From contig DAIDGV010000027.1 in the NCBI GenBank assembly GCA_027452205.1, forward strand, positions 6,471 through 70,470: a stretch of DNA of 64,000 nucleotides, read 5' to 3'. A program made the translations under genes and the position numbers. The stretch is from a candidate division FCPU426 bacterium (lineage in GTDB: Bacteria; Oederibacteriota; Muellerivitia; Muellerivitales; Muellerivitaceae). This document shows, piece after piece, positions 43,094-52,666 of this stretch (its first letter is position 1; each line of letters opens with the position of its first letter). The notes under the pieces were generated by a model, which ran no database searches, was not told where the DNA came from, and saw nothing but the letters and a program-made list of their open reading frames with translations.

Positions 43094-44053
43094 ATGAACG
43101 TGCGCTTTGTCGGACTGCTTACTTTAATGTTCTTGGTGGGGTCGATTCCCGCTTGGGCCCTGGACTGGTCCCCGGGCCGGACGGCCTATGACAAACAAGA
43201 TTATGAGGCCGCTGAAAAATACTACGGTGACCAAGTCCAGAAAAATCCCAAGGACGCGAACGCGGCCTATTCCTGGGGCGACTCCCTTTATCAATTAGGC
43301 CGTTATGAGGACGCGGAGAACGCCTTTTCCCAAGCCCTTCAATCCAAACCTGACATGGAACAGGCTTGGTACAACATGGGGAACAGCGTTTACCAACAAC
43401 AGCGCTATAAGGACGCTATCGAGGATTACCAAAAGGCCCTTCAGTTGAACCCGAAGGACACGGACGCCCAGCATAATTTGGAAGTGGCGGAAAAGAAGTT
43501 GAAGGACAATCCAAAATCGGACAAGAGCGGCCAAAAGAAGCCCAAGAATAAAAAGAATCAACCGACCCCAACCCCTTCACCCAACCCTAACTCCCAATCG
43601 AACCAAGGCCAGCCCAAGCAGCCTCAACAGGGCGGATCCAATCCGAAACAATCGCCCAATGGGCAGCCCCAATCGAGCCAGTCCCAAGGCCAAAAAAAGT
43701 CGTCTCCCGATCAGCAAGGCAATAAGCAACCGGGAGGCCAAGGACAAAATCAACCTGGCGGTTCGGGACAAAACCAGCAGCAATCCCAACAGTCCAAAGA
43801 AGACCAGCAAGACCAACAACGCGAGCAACAGGCCAAGAAACAACTGGGCTTGAACGACAGCCAAGTCCAAAACCTCATTAACCAGCTCGAGAAGCAGGAA
43901 AGCCAGACTCGGCAGTACTATTCGGCCGATCCTAAGCGGGATATGCAGCGACAGGGTGCTATGGACTTTCTCCCACAGGAACAACGCGACTTTTTAAAGC
44001 ATTTTTTTGGCATGTCAAACCAAAACGGGGATGGGGTCCAGGAGGACTGGTAG
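43094..44053 (+). CDS. batC: BatC-like TPR protein with Gln-rich linker
   Basis: TPRs, YNMGN, HNLE, Q-rich tract, terminal DW. Confidence 0.8.
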   Translation: MNVRFVGLLTLMFLVGSIPAWALDWSPGRTAYDKQDYEAAEKYYGDQVQKNPKDANAAYSWGDSLYQLGRYEDAENAFSQALQSKPDMEQAWYNMGNSVYQQQRYKDAIEDYQKALQLNPKDTDAQHNLEVAEKKLKDNPKSDKSGQKKPKNKKNQPTPTPSPNPNSQSNQGQPKQPQQGGSNPKQSPNGQPQSSQSQGQKKSSPDQQGNKQPGGQGQNQPGGSGQNQQQSQQSKEDQQDQQREQQAKKQLGLNDSQVQNLINQLEKQESQTRQYYSADPKRDMQRQGAMDFLPQEQRDFLKHFFGMSNQNGDGVQEDW

Positions 44054-44248
44054 GGTGAAGTTTACAGGTTGATAAAAAAGTCCGGTAAAGACAGACTTTT
44101 TTGTATTTAGGTCGCGAATCACCCCTTGCAACCAGGGGTGGGATCGGTTCGCTCCTAACCCGTGGCTGTAGAACGGGGTAAGAGGCATTTTTAAGCACCC
44201 CGTTTGTAGGTGTTTTTGATACTTTATGGAACCTTTGAGGAGCGAAAA

Positions 44249-45226
44249 ATGGACTGGAAACGTACTTTAACACTGTTCTTATTAGTCTTCGGACTTGGAG
44301 CGGCCATGCCCCGCTGGGCTCAAGCCCAGGTCGAAGTTGGCCTGAAGATGGACGTGGACCAGCGACAATTGGAAGTAGGGGATACCCTGACCCTGACGTT
44401 GGAATTCAAGCAACTGGGGTCTAGTAATTCGTCGGTGGTCCAAGAGCCATCTATCCCTAGCTCTGAATTCTTCGAAATCCGGGGAACTTCCTCGGCGACC
44501 CAGGTTTCCATCATCAACCGGCAAATGGCGCAGGTTTCGCGGACGACCATCAAACTGGAAGCCACTAAGGCGGGCACGGCGACCTTGGGTCCGGCGCTCC
44601 TGATCTACCAAGACCCCAGCGGAAAAAGGCACGAAATCCAGTCCAATATCGTGACGGTCACGGTCACGGAAAAATCGGGATTCTCGCTCTTTGGCAAAAA
44701 GAAGACCGCTGCCCCGACCGCAGTGCCCCAGGCGGCAGCTCCGGCGCAACCTACACCCGACGAATTGAATGGGATCAAAGGACTTCCGCCCGATTCTTTT
44801 TCTTGGGTTAGTTTTGCCTTCTGGTCGGTCGTTTTGGCGGTCATCATCGGCTATTTTTGGCGCAGACGGAATAAAAATAAAAAGGGTCCTGCCAAATTTA
44901 TATCGGTGGGCAAGATCGCTGAATTGCAGCAAGCTTGGAAGAAACTGGGACGGGAGGACATCTCGTCCAAGGAATTTGCCTTGGAACTTTCCAATCTGGT
45001 ACGCGAATGCCTGCAGTACCGTTTTGGGTTCCCAGCGGTGGATCTGACGACCGAGGAAATATTCACTGAAGTTAAGAAGTTCAAGTTGTCCGAGGCTGAA
45101 AAGGTCGCGGTGGAAAAATGCCTTAAGACCTCGGACCGGGTCCTTTATGCCGATGGGAGTTTGGTCAATAAAGACGCTTTGAAAACCACTTGTTCGGCCT
45201 TATTGCCGAAGAACGAAAAGAACTAG
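44249..45226 (+). CDS. BatD-like protein
   Basis: signal peptide, VGD..TL, S...SIIN, TM, LTTEE motif. Confidence 0.7.
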   Translation: MDWKRTLTLFLLVFGLGAAMPRWAQAQVEVGLKMDVDQRQLEVGDTLTLTLEFKQLGSSNSSVVQEPSIPSSEFFEIRGTSSATQVSIINRQMAQVSRTTIKLEATKAGTATLGPALLIYQDPSGKRHEIQSNIVTVTVTEKSGFSLFGKKKTAAPTAVPQAAAPAQPTPDELNGIKGLPPDSFSWVSFAFWSVVLAVIIGYFWRRRNKNKKGPAKFISVGKIAELQQAWKKLGREDISSKEFALELSNLVRECLQYRFGFPAVDLTTEEIFTEVKKFKLSEAEKVAVEKCLKTSDRVLYADGSLVNKDALKTTCSALLPKNEKN

Positions 45227-45235
45227 GAGAAGACC

Positions 45236-46225
45236 ATGGCTACGCAAAACGAGGAGTTATCCGCTGAAGCCCAACGCCTGAGCGACCAGTTCCAAAAGGT
45301 CCGTGAGGAGGTCCAGAAGGTCATCGTGGGTCAGGACCAGTTGATCGATCGGCTCCTGCTGGGACTTTTGAGCCGGGGACATATCCTGCTCGAAGGTCTT
45401 CCGGGATTGGCCAAGACCTTGGCCATCAAGACCCTGTCGGACGCCTTAGGGGTCGCCTTTAGCCGTATCCAGTTCACACCAGACCTTTTGCCGGCGGATC
45501 TTTTGGGAACCCGCATTTATATGCCCGCAAAGGGAGACTTCAAGACCCAAAAGGGACCGATCTTCGCCAATATGATCCTGACCGATGAGATCAACCGCGC
45601 CCCCGCCAAGGTGCAATCCGCCCTGCTGGAGGCCATGCAAGAACACCAGGTCACCATCGGACCCGAAACTTTCGTGCTGGATGAGCCCTTTTTCGTCATG
45701 GCCACCCAGAACCCTATCGAGCATGAGGGTACTTACCCCCTGCCCGAAGCCCAGGTGGATCGTTTCTTGATGAAGGTTCACGTGCAGTATCCGGGTTTCA
45801 AGGACGAGAAAGAGATCGTGTCCCGCATGACATCGGGAAGTTCCGTCAAGGTGAATGAGATCATTTCGGACAGCGCTATCCTGAAAGCCCAAAAGGCCGT
45901 GGATGGGATCTATGTGAGCGATACCTTGAAGGATTACATCGTTCATTTGGTCACGGCTACCCGCAGTCCCAAGAATTACGGCCTGGATAAACTGACCAGC
46001 CTGATCGAATATGGCGCCAGCCCGCGGGCTTCCATCGGGTTGACGGTGGCGGCCAAGGCCAATGCTTTCATGAAGGGGCGCGGTTACGCGACGCCCGAGG
46101 ACGTCAAGGCTTTGGCATATGATGTGATGCGGCACCGCTTGATCCTTAGTTATGAGGCGGAGGCGATGAACATCACGACCGATAACGTGATCTCGCAGAT
46201 CTTGAGCAAAGTTCCGGTTCCTTGA
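45236..46225 (+). CDS. moxR: MoxR family AAA+ ATPase
   Basis: GLPGLAKT, RIQFTPDLLPAD, DEINRA, ATQNP, SPRA. Confidence 0.95.
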   Translation: MATQNEELSAEAQRLSDQFQKVREEVQKVIVGQDQLIDRLLLGLLSRGHILLEGLPGLAKTLAIKTLSDALGVAFSRIQFTPDLLPADLLGTRIYMPAKGDFKTQKGPIFANMILTDEINRAPAKVQSALLEAMQEHQVTIGPETFVLDEPFFVMATQNPIEHEGTYPLPEAQVDRFLMKVHVQYPGFKDEKEIVSRMTSGSSVKVNEIISDSAILKAQKAVDGIYVSDTLKDYIVHLVTATRSPKNYGLDKLTSLIEYGASPRASIGLTVAAKANAFMKGRGYATPEDVKALAYDVMRHRLILSYEAEAMNITTDNVISQILSKVPVP

Positions 46226-47217
46226 ACCGTTTTAAAGGGTCCCCGATCTTGAGAACGACTTCTTTCCGCTTTGTGTCGATCTTTGTCCTGACGGCGATGG
46301 CCGCCTTGGCAGGCTGCCATTCCAAAGGCAAGACTGCCTTGAAGGACCTGCCCCTGCCGCCCACCGTGGATGGGGGATTGGTGAACGGCCAATTCATCCA
46401 AGTGGATTACGGCTTCGGTATCCCAGTGCCTTCCAAATGGATCTATTTGCCCCTGTCCGCCGAGCAAGAGGTGGATGAAGTGGCCCGGTTCCTGGATCCT
46501 GGCAAGGAAATGATCGTGCGCCTATCGGTTCAAATGAGGGATCCCTCCCAGAAATTCGGCACCAAGGTTTGGGTCGAGCAGGCGGAGGAAGACCTGAAGA
46601 ACCATCAGTTCCAGACCGTGAAAAAAGAGACTGTGGAAGAATGGAAAACGAACTCCGAAGAGTCCTGGATCATGGCGGCTTTCAAAATGACCGATTCCCG
46701 CAGCAACGAATGGTTCGATGAGGAGTGTGCTCTTTCCAAGGATGATTATTTGATCGTGGCCCATATGACCTTGCCCTTGAAGACCGCCCAGACGGACCAT
46801 GGAAAGAAGCTTTTCCTAGCCATGGAAGACTCTCTGAGCCGCATCACCTGGTATATGCCCATTGGGGTCCGGGGCATTTCCTCGAGCCGGTATGAATTAC
46901 AGCATTTCACGGAGCAGTTCTGCCGGGCTTTGGAGAGCAAGTCGGTGGTGCAGGTGGGCGGCTATTTTGACGAGATGTATCCGGAAAAGAGCAAGTGGAA
47001 CGCTTGGTACCAGCAAGCTATTGCCGGCGATCCGAAATCCTTCGACCTGCAGGCCCAATTGAGCGGGTTGGTCATCAATGGCGACGGGGCCACGGCCTCT
47101 TTCACGCTCGTCCGCAAGGATAAAGACAAAGATTCCAAGCCGGTCAAACTGGAGCGCAATTTCAAACTGGCTAAAAAAGACAGCCAGTGGAAGATCACTT
47201 TATCGTTGGACAAATAA
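46222..47217 (+). CDS. putative lipoprotein
   Basis: lipobox LAGC; start uncertain. Confidence 0.7.
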   Translation: MNRFKGSPILRTTSFRFVSIFVLTAMAALAGCHSKGKTALKDLPLPPTVDGGLVNGQFIQVDYGFGIPVPSKWIYLPLSAEQEVDEVARFLDPGKEMIVRLSVQMRDPSQKFGTKVWVEQAEEDLKNHQFQTVKKETVEEWKTNSEESWIMAAFKMTDSRSNEWFDEECALSKDDYLIVAHMTLPLKTAQTDHGKKLFLAMEDSLSRITWYMPIGVRGISSSRYELQHFTEQFCRALESKSVVQVGGYFDEMYPEKSKWNAWYQQAIAGDPKSFDLQAQLSGLVINGDGATASFTLVRKDKDKDSKPVKLERNFKLAKKDSQWKITLSLDK

Positions 47218-47220
47218 AGA

Positions 47221-47360
47221 TTAACCACAGAGTACACGGAGTACACAGAGTAAGGCGAAAACTGTCTAAATTTTAACGTTATGTTTTGGGTTCGAATGGC
47301 CTAGATATTTGGGTTTAGTCCCGTGAACTCTGTGGCCGCCGAAGGCGGCCTGTGGTGAAA
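47221..47360. repeat. 9-nt-periodic palindrome (CACRGAG variant)
   Basis: CACAGAG-ta-CACGGAG-ta-CACAGAG ... TCCCGTG-aa-CTCTGTG..CTGTGGTGAA. Confidence 0.8.
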
Positions 47361-47384
47361 TTGTTTAGGAAATGAGAGGCATCT

Positions 47385-48257
47385 ATGCGTAGCATGACAG
47401 GCTTTGGCCGGGGAACCGGGGAATCCAAGACGGTACAAGTCGTGGCCGAGATCAAGACGGTCAATCACAAGTTCCATGACATTTCCGCCAAAATGCCTTC
47501 TTCCTATCAGTTCCTGGAGCCGGACGTGCGCGAAGTGGTCCTGGGTTCGGTCACCCGGGGCAAGGTGGAGATCTTCATCAAGGACCTGTCGCCGGACCGG
47601 AAAAGGACCATCCGTCTCAACGAAGAACTGATCGACGAATATCTCAAAGTCTCCAAAAAAGCCGCGACCAAGTTCAAGCTCAAGGGTGAGCTTTCCATCG
47701 AGACCCTGCTCAAGATGCCCGATGTGCTGCAAGTGGTCGAGGAAGAACGCCAGGAAGCGGACCAGAAAAAAGCGCTGGTCGCCGCGGTCGAGGAAGCCTT
47801 GAAAGCGCTGGAAAAGATGCGCCAATCCGAAGGCGGGCGCCTGGGCAAGGATATGTTGGAAAAGGCCAAGGAAATTTCGCAAGTGGTCAATCAAGTCCGT
47901 CAACGCCACAAAGTGGTCGTTGCTGAAAAGGTCAGGGCCTTCAAAGAGAAGATCACCGATTTTCTGCCCGAGCCTTTGATCGATCAGGTCCGATTAGCCA
48001 CAGAAGAGACAGTCATCCTGCAACGCCACGATATTGCCGAAGAGTTGACCCGGTTGGACAGCCATTTAGAGGCCCTTCAGGAAACCCTGAAGGATAAGGG
48101 CGCGGTGGGCCGCAAATTGGACTTCCTCATCCAGGAAATGAACCGGGAAGTGAATACGACGGGCTCCAAGTCGGCGGACGCCAAGATGGCCCAAAGCGTG
48201 GTGCGGCTTAAGGAGTTGTTGGAACAACTGCGGGAACAGATCCAAAATATAGAATAA
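47385..48257 (+). CDS. yicC: YicC/YloC family endoribonuclease
   Basis: MRSMTGFG, GRKLDFLIQEMNREVNT.GSK, REQIQNIE. Confidence 0.95.
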   Translation: MRSMTGFGRGTGESKTVQVVAEIKTVNHKFHDISAKMPSSYQFLEPDVREVVLGSVTRGKVEIFIKDLSPDRKRTIRLNEELIDEYLKVSKKAATKFKLKGELSIETLLKMPDVLQVVEEERQEADQKKALVAAVEEALKALEKMRQSEGGRLGKDMLEKAKEISQVVNQVRQRHKVVVAEKVRAFKEKITDFLPEPLIDQVRLATEETVILQRHDIAEELTRLDSHLEALQETLKDKGAVGRKLDFLIQEMNREVNTTGSKSADAKMAQSVVRLKELLEQLREQIQNIE

Positions 48258-48730
48258 TCTTGAATCTCAAAGTTCACGAAGACCACAAAGTGATAAACAC
48301 TAAGAATTTCAAGCCGATACCGGCAGAAATTGAAAAGATTGGAAAATCCGTTTTGGATGCGGCTTTTCGGATTCATTCCTCTTTGGGGCCGGGTTTATTG
48401 GAAAGTGTTTATGAGTCTTGCTTAGTCCATGAATTGTCCAAGTCTGGTATCGTTTGTCAGCGTCAAGTTGGATTGCCTGTTGTTTATGATGATTTGAAAT
48501 TCGAGGAAGGCTTCCGGATTGATGTTCTGGTTGAAAATAAGATCGTTCTTGAACTGAAGTCTGCGGAAGCACTACTGCCGGTCCATCAGGCGCAAATGCT
48601 GACTTATCTTCGTCTTTTTGGGTGTCGGTTGGGCTATTTGATTAATTTTAAAACCGTGTCTTTGAAAAGCGGCATCAAAAGGTTTATTTTGTGAGAACTT
48701 TGTGATCTTAGTGTCCTTGGTGGTTCAAGA
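48258..48730. mobile_element. GxxExxY cassette bounded by periodic inverted arms (TCTTGAA...TTCAAGA)
   Basis: inverted CACNAAG/CTTNGTG arrays enclose an AT-rich gene exactly between yicC stop and gmk start; mobility is inferred. Confidence 0.6.
48260..48694 (+). CDS. GxxExxY protein (PD-(D/E)XK-like)
   Basis: LGPGLLESVY, RIDVLVE..IVLELK, QMLTYL, GYLINF, GIKR; start TTG 48260 or GTG 48290. Confidence 0.92.
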   Translation: MNLKVHEDHKVINTKNFKPIPAEIEKIGKSVLDAAFRIHSSLGPGLLESVYESCLVHELSKSGIVCQRQVGLPVVYDDLKFEEGFRIDVLVENKIVLELKSAEALLPVHQAQMLTYLRLFGCRLGYLINFKTVSLKSGIKRFIL

Positions 48731-49305
48731 TGAATGTTAAAAGAAAAGGGTTGCTGATCGTTCTTTCCTCCCCCTCGGGCGGGGGAAAGACCACCATTGC
48801 GCACCAACTCATGGCCAAGGACAAGAACATTGTCCGGTCCATTTCCTGTACGACCCGCAAGCCCCGTTCGGGTGAGAAAAGTGGCCGAGATTATTTCTTT
48901 GTGACCGTTCCTAAGTTTAAAGCCATGGTAAAAGCGAAGAAGTTCCTGGAGTGGGCCAAAGTGCATCAAAATTTTTACGGCACCCCGGCCCATTGGGTGG
49001 AGGCCCAACTGAAGAAGGGGAAAGATGTCCTCTTCGTCATCGATGTTCAAGGCGGCAAGATCATTAAGCACAAGGCCCCCCATGCCCTTTTGGTTTTCGT
49101 AAAGCCTCCCAGTTTCACGGTCCTGAAACAGCGGCTTTTGGGCCGGAAGAGCGATAGCGCGGAAGCCCTGAAAGTGCGCCTGAGCGACGCCAAGTGGGAA
49201 ATGAAAGAGGGGAAGCATTACGATCATCGGGTGATCAATGACCGTTTATCCCACGCGGTCAAAGAAGTCCGAAAAATCATTCAAAACGAACGAAAAAAAG
49301 CCTGA
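48730..49305 (+). CDS. gmk: guanylate kinase
   Basis: SPSGGGKT, TTRKPR, DYFF, YGT, IDVQG. Confidence 0.96.
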   Translation: MNVKRKGLLIVLSSPSGGGKTTIAHQLMAKDKNIVRSISCTTRKPRSGEKSGRDYFFVTVPKFKAMVKAKKFLEWAKVHQNFYGTPAHWVEAQLKKGKDVLFVIDVQGGKIIKHKAPHALLVFVKPPSFTVLKQRLLGRKSDSAEALKVRLSDAKWEMKEGKHYDHRVINDRLSHAVKEVRKIIQNERKKA

Positions 49306-49396
49306 GCAAAGGCCCGGAACAGGGGCTTTTTTCTTACGAAAACCCTGGTTCTTGAGTATAATTCGCATCCCGTAGAGAAACCCCGAAGGAGCTGTC

Positions 49397-49627
49397 ATGA
49401 CCGACGAAAAGAAAGTCCAGACAATGGAAACCATCCCGAATAAGTATGTTTCCGTCCTGGCCGCCTCGAAGCGCGCCCGCCAATTACTGGATCGCGCCGA
49501 AAAGCACAATTTGACCGTGGATACGGAAAAGGTCATTTTGCAGGCTTTGAACGAGTTCATGATCGGCAAGGTGACCTACACCAACGCCCCAGTCAGTTCC
49601 AAGAAGCGTTCCAAAGACAAAGAATAA
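49397..49627 (+). CDS. rpoZ: RNA polymerase omega subunit
   Basis: NKY....ASKRARQL, AL.E; position between gmk and coaBC. Confidence 0.85.
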   Translation: MTDEKKVQTMETIPNKYVSVLAASKRARQLLDRAEKHNLTVDTEKVILQALNEFMIGKVTYTNAPVSSKKRSKDKE

Positions 49628-49695
49628 GCTTTCCACCCAAGCCCCGGCCTCCTAGCCGGGGCTCCGGGCGACTCCGCCGAGCATCGAGTCCTTCC

Positions 49696-50928
49696 ATGAC
49701 CCAAGGCCGCAAGAAACCCAGAGTTCTTTTAGGCGTGACCGGCAGTGTGGCCGCTTATAAAGCGGTCGATCTGATCCAACGATTAAAACCCTTCTCTGAA
49801 ATCAAAGTGGTGGCCACGGAGGCCGGTTCGAAACTGGTACCCCTGAAGGCCCTGGAAAAGGCCTCGGGCTCCAAGGTTTGGACCAGTCTTTTTAAAGGCG
49901 CTACCCCCATCGCGCCCGGAACCCCCAGCGGCAGCCATCCCTTAGCGGTCGTCCCCCATATCGAATACGCCAAATCCGCCGATCTGGTGCTGATCGCACC
50001 AGCCAGCGCGGACATCTTGGCCAAACTGGCTTTAGGTCTGGCCAATGACCTGTTATCGACCCTTTGTCTTTACGCCACTTGTCCGATCTGGGTGGCCCCG
50101 GCCATGAACGTCAAAATGTGGAACCACCCGGCGGTGAAACAGAACGCCGGTGTGCTTCGCTACCGGGGCGTTCGATTCCTGGGCCCGGAAAGCGGCCACT
50201 TGGCTTGCGGGGAAGTAGGGGATGGCCGTTTCGCGGAGCCCGCTGAGATCGCCCTACAAGTGCAAAGCTACTTCGAGAATTTCGACCGTTGGGCGGGCCG
50301 GAAGATACTGGTCACCGCGGGTCCGACGGTTGAACCCATCGACCCGGTGCGGGTCATCAGCAATCATTCCAGCGGCAAGATGGGTTATGCGTTGGCCCAA
50401 GCGGCGCTAAACCGGGGAGCGGAAGTGGTCCTCGTGACCGGACCTACCAGGATCATCCCGCCGGTGGGTGCAGAAGTGGTGGCGGTCAAGACCGCCGAGG
50501 AAATGCGCCAGGCGGTCAAAAAGGTCTCGGCCCATGTCGATCTTTTCATCATGGCGGCGGCGGTGGCGGATTACCGGGTCACCTCGGTAGCGAAATCCAA
50601 GATCAAAAAGACAGATAAAGGCTTAACACTGCAACTGACCCCCAATGCGGACATTCTGGGCGAGGTCCTGAAAAACCGTAAAAAAGATCAAAAGGTCATC
50701 GGTTTCGCCGCTGAGACGGACCACCTTGAAAAGAACGCTTCGGAAAAGTGGAAACGTAAACCCTGTGACCTGTTGGTGGCCAACTCGGTGGGTGGTCAGA
50801 ATAGCGCCTTTAACGGCGACCGGAATGAACTATTGGTCTTCAGTCAAAAACGCTCTAAACCGGTCTTGCTCAAGAAGGATTACAAAAGCCGGTTGGCTGA
50901 ACAGATCCTGGAAATGATCGATGAATAA
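49696..50928 (+). CDS. coaBC: phosphopantothenoylcysteine decarboxylase/ligase
   Basis: GVTGSVAAYK, PAMN, TAGPT.E.IDPVR, GFAAET. Confidence 0.96.
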   Translation: MTQGRKKPRVLLGVTGSVAAYKAVDLIQRLKPFSEIKVVATEAGSKLVPLKALEKASGSKVWTSLFKGATPIAPGTPSGSHPLAVVPHIEYAKSADLVLIAPASADILAKLALGLANDLLSTLCLYATCPIWVAPAMNVKMWNHPAVKQNAGVLRYRGVRFLGPESGHLACGEVGDGRFAEPAEIALQVQSYFENFDRWAGRKILVTAGPTVEPIDPVRVISNHSSGKMGYALAQAALNRGAEVVLVTGPTRIIPPVGAEVVAVKTAEEMRQAVKKVSAHVDLFIMAAAVADYRVTSVAKSKIKKTDKGLTLQLTPNADILGEVLKNRKKDQKVIGFAAETDHLEKNASEKWKRKPCDLLVANSVGGQNSAFNGDRNELLVFSQKRSKPVLLKKDYKSRLAEQILEMIDE

Positions 50929-52666
50929 GGTTCGGATGACGGCATACCCATTCCTGTTGTTCGTCTTGGCCTTTCTTTACTCCTCGCCCGTCCTTTCGGG
51001 TGTCCTTTCCCGTGAAGGTAAACCTCTTTTCGTGCCGGGTGAAGTGCTGGTGCGCTTCAATGATGACGCCCAAGAAACGGACAAGACAAAAGTCTTTTCC
51101 GCGGCGAAGACCCATGCCTCGGTAGACCTGGATGCTTTGTCGGTGCAGGGAGTTTATAAGATGCAATTGGCCGACGGGGTCGATGTGCTCAAAACCGTCG
51201 AGAGCCTCAAAGGCATGTCCGGTGTGCGCTATGCCCAACCGAACTACAAGTATTATGCCTTGGGCTGTACGGCCCCGAGCGATCCGGATTACACCAGCCC
51301 TTATAGCTGGCCGTTGGTGAAGATCCAGGCGCCCCAAGCCTGGACCCTGATCAATTGGCCTTCCTGTCCCCCGGGAAGCGGTGTGACGGTGGCGGTGCTG
51401 GATACGGGGATTGACCGCACGAACCCGGACCTTTCAGGGGTCCCTAATATCGGCTACAACGCTATTGGGGCTGTTGGTGAGGAGGCGGTTAGTTGCACCA
51501 CTTGTGTTGGCTGCAGCGCTTATTACACTACGCCTTATTCCAATACGACGGATGATTATGGGCACGGCACCTGGGTGTCGGGCATCATCGCGGCGGCTTG
51601 GAACAATGGCGCTGGTTTGGCGGGTTTGGCGGGCGGTGCGGTGATCATGCCGGTCAAAGTTTTGGATTGTTCGGGCAGCGGCTCCAGTAATTCCATCTCA
51701 TCGGGCATCAATTACGCGATCAACCACGGTGCCAAGGTGTTGAGCATGTCCTTGGGCGGTCCCCAGGATACTTTCGAACAAGAAGCCATTCAGGGAGCTT
51801 TGAATGCGGGTTGTGTGGTCGTGGCCGCGTCAGGGAATGATTACGCGAACACGCTTGAGTATCCGGCAGGATATTCGGGAGTGATCGCGGTGGGCGCCAG
51901 CGATGAGAATGATAATGTGGCTAGCTATTCCGATGGCGGGACGGGGTTGGACGGTAAAGTCCTAGACTTGGTCGCGCCAGGCGGGGCTACAGCACCGGAT
52001 ACTACCCAAAGCTTCAATACCGCGGCGGCTTATACCCTTTTCAGTGACTTTGTCGATCCTTTGCCTGCTGGCGCTGTTAATGACGGCGGGTTTGATTATG
52101 ATCCAGCCGATCGACACTATGGTTTGGCAGCTGGTACATCGGGGGCCACTCCTTATGTTTCCGCGGCGGCGGCCTTGGTCCTTTCCTTGAACCCGACCTG
52201 GAGCAACACCCAGGTGGCCCAACAACTGATCAATAACACCGATAGCTTGAACGGAAACACAGGTTGGGACGTCAGGTCCGGTTATGGAAGATTGAATGTT
52301 TATAAGGCACTGTCCAGTTCTTTGGGGTCGGGCCAGGTGACGACCTTTACGAAGACCTTCAATAGCCCTAATCCCTTCTATGCGGACTTACAGCCCTATA
52401 CCCACATTACGCTAGTTATGAGCCAAGCCCAATCGGTCCAGCTGTCCATTTATGACACGGCGGGGGAAACGGTTTTGAACCGCACCTACGCTTCGGGCCA
52501 GTTGAACAATGACCCTTCCACCCCGCAGTTCAAGTCCTTCTATATCGCCTGGGATGGCAAGAATGGCGCGGGCCAACCGGTAAAGACGGGTGTCTATTTT
52601 TACACGGTCAACATTGCCGGACAGATATCCCATAACAAGATCGTTGTGATCCGGGGCCCCCAATGA
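50921..52666 (+). CDS. S8 subtilase with C-terminal FlgD-Ig/T9SS-like sorting domain
   Basis: VLDTG, HGT, ASGN, GTS; SPNPF...IYD..G...WDGKN..G..V.TGVYF. Confidence 0.88.
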   Translation: MNKVRMTAYPFLLFVLAFLYSSPVLSGVLSREGKPLFVPGEVLVRFNDDAQETDKTKVFSAAKTHASVDLDALSVQGVYKMQLADGVDVLKTVESLKGMSGVRYAQPNYKYYALGCTAPSDPDYTSPYSWPLVKIQAPQAWTLINWPSCPPGSGVTVAVLDTGIDRTNPDLSGVPNIGYNAIGAVGEEAVSCTTCVGCSAYYTTPYSNTTDDYGHGTWVSGIIAAAWNNGAGLAGLAGGAVIMPVKVLDCSGSGSSNSISSGINYAINHGAKVLSMSLGGPQDTFEQEAIQGALNAGCVVVAASGNDYANTLEYPAGYSGVIAVGASDENDNVASYSDGGTGLDGKVLDLVAPGGATAPDTTQSFNTAAAYTLFSDFVDPLPAGAVNDGGFDYDPADRHYGLAAGTSGATPYVSAAAALVLSLNPTWSNTQVAQQLINNTDSLNGNTGWDVRSGYGRLNVYKALSSSLGSGQVTTFTKTFNSPNPFYADLQPYTHITLVMSQAQSVQLSIYDTAGETVLNRTYASGQLNNDPSTPQFKSFYIAWDGKNGAGQPVKTGVYFYTVNIAGQISHNKIVVIRGPQ

